Shown piece after piece: positions 25,865-28,524 of a DNA stretch of 28,524 nucleotides. This DNA is from Bacteroidales bacterium (GTDB lineage: Bacteria; Bacteroidota; Bacteroidia; Bacteroidales; P3). Position numbers and translations under genes: made by a program. Position 1 is the stretch's first letter. Every line of letters starts with the position of its first letter. The stretch covers positions 1 through 28,524 of the forward strand of contig JALNVJ010000001.1 of NCBI GenBank assembly GCA_023227645.1. The letters run 5' to 3'. The notes below the pieces were generated by a model. That model ran no database searches, was not told where the DNA came from, and was given only the letters and a program-made list of their open reading frames with translations.

Positions 25865-26971
25865 TTATTTTTTACTTGTTTGAGAAACCTTTTCATTTTT
25901 CCATCTGTAGAACTCCATTAAGCTATGCTCTTGGTCCTTTAATTCCTGAGGCATTTCAGCATACATATACTTAAATATATCCTCTGGTTTATATTCAGGG
26001 AAATTCTCTGCCTCAATAAACTGTCTATCAACTTCTTTTTTGTATTGTTCTACAATTTTCTCTTCTTGATCATCTGACCACAAATCCTTATCCTTTAAAT
26101 ATTGACTCAAACGTCTTAGTGGGTCTTTCTTATCCCAAGCCTCTTCCTCTTCTTTTGTCCTATATTTTGTAGGATCGTCACTAGTTGTATGCGCTCCCTT
26201 TCTATAAGTTACTGCTTCAATTAGAATTGGTCCCTCTCCTCTTTCACATACTTTTTTAGCTTCTTCAAGAGCTCTTAACATTGCAAAATAATCATTCCCA
26301 TCAACCTGAATACCTTTTACTCCATAGGCTATAGCCTTAATTGCTAAAGATTCAGAAGCTGTTTGAATTCTTGTTGGGGTTGAAATTCCATATTGATTGT
26401 TTTGAATAATAAAAATAACCGGAACCTTCCATACGCCAGCAAAATTAACTGCCTCATGAAAATCTCCTTCCGATGTTCCTCCATCTCCAACAAAGGCATA
26501 GACTAATTCGTTTTTCTTATTATACTTTATTTCATATCCAATTCCTGTGGCATGGAGTAACTGGGAAGCAATAGGAACACTTATTGGTAAAACCTTATTG
26601 GCATTCTTAAAAGCATTTCCCTCCTCATAACCCATAAATAGAAGAAACAATTCCTTTAGACTTACACCTTTAGCAAGCATTGCACCCATCTCTCTAAAAG
26701 CAGGTACAAGCCAATCCTTCTCTTCAATTATTGTTGCTGTTGCACCAGAAATTGCTTCCTGACCATAATTAGGGGGATAGGTATATATCCTACCTTGACG
26801 TTGGTAATTAACAATCTGAAGATCGGCAGTTCGTGCAAATAACATATCTTTATAAGCCTTCAAAGCTCTTTCATCGGATATATTTGGCATTAATTTACTA
26901 TCGATAACCTTCCCTTGATTATCTATAACTTGAAACATTATTTTATTAATTGGGTTGTATTCATTAAACAT
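25865..26971 (-). CDS. pdhA: 2-oxoacid dehydrogenase E1 alpha subunit, Bacillota/Mollicutes type; pyruvate versus branched-chain specificity unresolved
   Basis: QRQGRIYTYPPNYGQEA, PAFRE, PIASQ, GDGGTSEGDFHE...QNN ThDP motif, YRKGAHTTSDDP. Confidence 0.9.
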   Translation of the reverse strand: MFNEYNPINKIMFQVIDNQGKVIDSKLMPNISDERALKAYKDMLFARTADLQIVNYQRQGRIYTYPPNYGQEAISGATATIIEEKDWLVPAFREMGAMLAKGVSLKELFLLFMGYEEGNAFKNANKVLPISVPIASQLLHATGIGYEIKYNKKNELVYAFVGDGGTSEGDFHEAVNFAGVWKVPVIFIIQNNQYGISTPTRIQTASESLAIKAIAYGVKGIQVDGNDYFAMLRALEEAKKVCERGEGPILIEAVTYRKGAHTTSDDPTKYRTKEEEEAWDKKDPLRRLSQYLKDKDLWSDDQEEKIVEQYKKEVDRQFIEAENFPEYKPEDIFKYMYAEMPQELKDQEHSLMEFYRWKNEKVSQTSKK

Positions 26972-27170
26972 ATTAAATCGTATTTATTGGTTTATTATAA
27001 AACTGATTACAATATTAACTATATATATCAAAAATTTATTTCAAAGCTTTTATCAATGAACTTATTGAAAAAATTTATATCTAAGCGCATTCTCTGTCAC
27101 TGTCGATGTTTAGAGAAGAAATATTAGGATGAGATTAGGTAAAGAATATAAGTATTATGACTTTTCTATA

Positions 27171-27204
27171 TGCAAATATACATAAAAACACAAAAAATTG
27201 CAAA
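27171..27204 (-). promoter_or_regulatory. Sigma-A promoter of the pdh operon (about 195-nt leader)
   Basis: TTTG (27204-27201), 20-nt spacer, TATATTTGCA (27180-27171). Confidence 0.7.
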
Positions 27205-27287
27205 CTTTTATTATAAATAGCATAATGGAATTAAGTATATTAACTATTAACACCTTAATATGAAAGAAGAAATTATTATTAAACTAC

Positions 27288-28208
27288 TTAGAAATTGATA
27301 AAGAAGAATAAGGTGCCTACACTGATTATTATCCATAGGCTAATTCCTAAGATAAAAGATCTTAGTCCTGCAGTTCTTAAGTCTTGGAGTGAGAAAGAAG
27401 TTCCTATTAAAAATAACGCTAAGGTCATTCCTCTTTTTCCTAACCAATTTATATGATTATAGGTTTCATTATATTGAGGGAGGAAGTATGCAACCAAGAT
27501 TGCTAATACGAAATAGAGGATAAACCATGGTATTGTTATCTTTGACAAATTTGTATCTTTTCTATTAATAAATACAACAAGAAAAGAAAGAGGGATTATC
27601 CATAATGTCCTAGTTAATTTTACGGTTGTTGCAATTTCTAATGATTCTGAACCGTATGCTGCAGCAGCTCCTACAACTGAGGATGTGTCGTGAATAGCGA
27701 TTGCTGACCAATAGCCAAAGTTTTCTTGACTCATATCTAAGGAATGTCCTATTATTGGGAATATAAATAAGGCAACTGCATTCAGCACAAAGACTACCGT
27801 TAGGGCAAAGCTTATTTGATTATTTTTCGCATTGATTATAGGAGAAACTGCAGCAATTGCTGATCCTCCACAAATTGCAGTTCCTGATGAGATAAGCATT
27901 GTTGTATTTTTCTCAACCTTAAGAAGTTTTCCAATCAATAATCCAAAGAAAAAGACTAGAAAAACGGATGTAGCAGTTAGTAAAACTCCCGTTTGTGAAG
28001 TTTTTATTACCTTTTCAAGACTCATTCCAAATCCCATAAGCACAATTGACCATTGAAGAATTTTAGATGTGTATTTACTAATATCGTAGGGCTTTTTAAT
28101 TTTAAATAGAGTAAGAAGTATTCCTAAGGCTAAAGCAATTGGAGCAGTGAAAAATGGCATTAGACATAAAAAAGGTATAATAAAATATAGTGCTGATAGT
28201 TTTTTCAT
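27288..28208 (-). CDS. yeiH: YeiH/UPF0324 putative sulfate exporter family membrane protein
   Basis: LQWSIVLMGF, GTAICGGSAIAAVSP, AIHDTSSVVGA, TVKLTRTLWIIP, IPWFILYF, LFLIG. Confidence 0.9.
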   Translation of the reverse strand: MKKLSALYFIIPFLCLMPFFTAPIALALGILLTLFKIKKPYDISKYTSKILQWSIVLMGFGMSLEKVIKTSQTGVLLTATSVFLVFFFGLLIGKLLKVEKNTTMLISSGTAICGGSAIAAVSPIINAKNNQISFALTVVFVLNAVALFIFPIIGHSLDMSQENFGYWSAIAIHDTSSVVGAAAAYGSESLEIATTVKLTRTLWIIPLSFLVVFINRKDTNLSKITIPWFILYFVLAILVAYFLPQYNETYNHINWLGKRGMTLALFLIGTSFSLQDLRTAGLRSFILGISLWIIISVGTLFFFINF

Positions 28209-28232
28209 CTTAGTAAATTCATTTTTATGGGT

Positions 28233-28242
28233 TGCAAAATTA
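28233..28242 (-). promoter_or_regulatory. -7 box upstream of yeiH
   Basis: TAATTTTGCA on the minus strand, 24 nt upstream of the ATG. Confidence 0.6.
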
Positions 28243-28393
28243 CAACTTTCCTAAGACTTCAGTCTAAATTTATATGATTTTCATCTTTATCTGATAAAGA
28301 AATATATATTTCAAATTATTACAATATAAAACCGTTGCAAGGTAAAAATCAGCATTAAAAACTAACAAACAAGTTGTTAAGTCATTTTTTGCT

Positions 28394-28403
28394 TATCTTT
28401 GCA
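28394..28403 (+). promoter_or_regulatory. -7 box for a gene running off the right edge
   Basis: TATCTTTGCA, 11 nt before the ATG at 28415. Confidence 0.55.
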
Positions 28404-28414
28404 CTATAAATAAG

Positions 28415-28524
28415 ATGGAACTCACAAGTTTTGCAGATCTTGCAGCAGATAAAGATAGGTATAGATTATACTTTACTTATATCAACTATGACTATAATAT
28501 ACGCAATATGATTTACTCAACCAA
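28415..28524 (+). CDS. 5-prime fragment of an unidentified gene, truncated by the window edge
   Basis: MELTSFADLAADKDRYRLYFTYINYDYNIRNMIYST stays open to the end; preceded by a -7 box and an A-rich leader. Confidence 0.45.
   Translation, partial: MELTSFADLAADKDRYRLYFTYINYDYNIRNMIYST

Noticed and set aside
26972-27170. Known riboswitch or T-box in the pdh leader
   Set aside because: I could not recognise TPP, SAM-II, glycine, preQ1, fluoride or T-box consensus elements by eye; an Infernal/Rfam scan would be decisive.
469-28056. Short opposite-strand or out-of-frame ORFs in the track (e.g. 469-693, 636-929, 8049-8348, 11062-11493, 17915-18184, 21834-22109, 23005-23289, 27832-28056)
   Set aside because: They lie within or largely overlap well-supported genes and show no recognisable motifs; these are shadow ORFs.
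1-28524. Mobile elements, prophage, defence systems, tRNA or rRNA genes
   Set aside because: No transposase, integrase, nuclease or phage motifs and no cloverleaf or rRNA-like GC-rich tracts were seen.

Overview
AT-rich chromosomal segment of a Bacteroidota bacterium, probably Bacteroidales. This assignment is inferred from the TAnnTTTG/TTTG promoter boxes, Gln-starting mature secreted proteins and gene neighbourhoods. The content is mostly housekeeping. From left to right: a minus-strand run DUF1599 > DoxX/BT_3928-like > orphan DppB-type permease > tpiA > prmA > 1496-aa exported hypothetical > plsY > dcp; divergent folP-dacA; a decayed LuxR-HTH remnant; rlmD and rpmH (rpmH is missing from the ORF track); a TPR-like gene with secG; groES-groEL; DUF4293; a DUF6089-like beta-barrel; a metallophosphoesterase; a Bacillota/Mollicutes-type 2-oxoacid dehydrogenase operon (E1a, E1b, E2, E3, short lipoyl ligase); and a YeiH-type exporter. 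I found no mobile element, CRISPR array, tRNA or rRNA. The most interesting leads are (i) the giant beta-repeat envelope protein co-transcribed with plsY, a candidate lipid-transfer bridge, (ii) an E3 whose NAD-binding site is altered at three separate motifs while the catalytic residues are intact, (iii) three 15-bp palindromes phased at 22 bp at 21458-21516, and (iv) tandem DUF1599 opposite folP. All product calls come from motif recognition by eye; no database searches were run.
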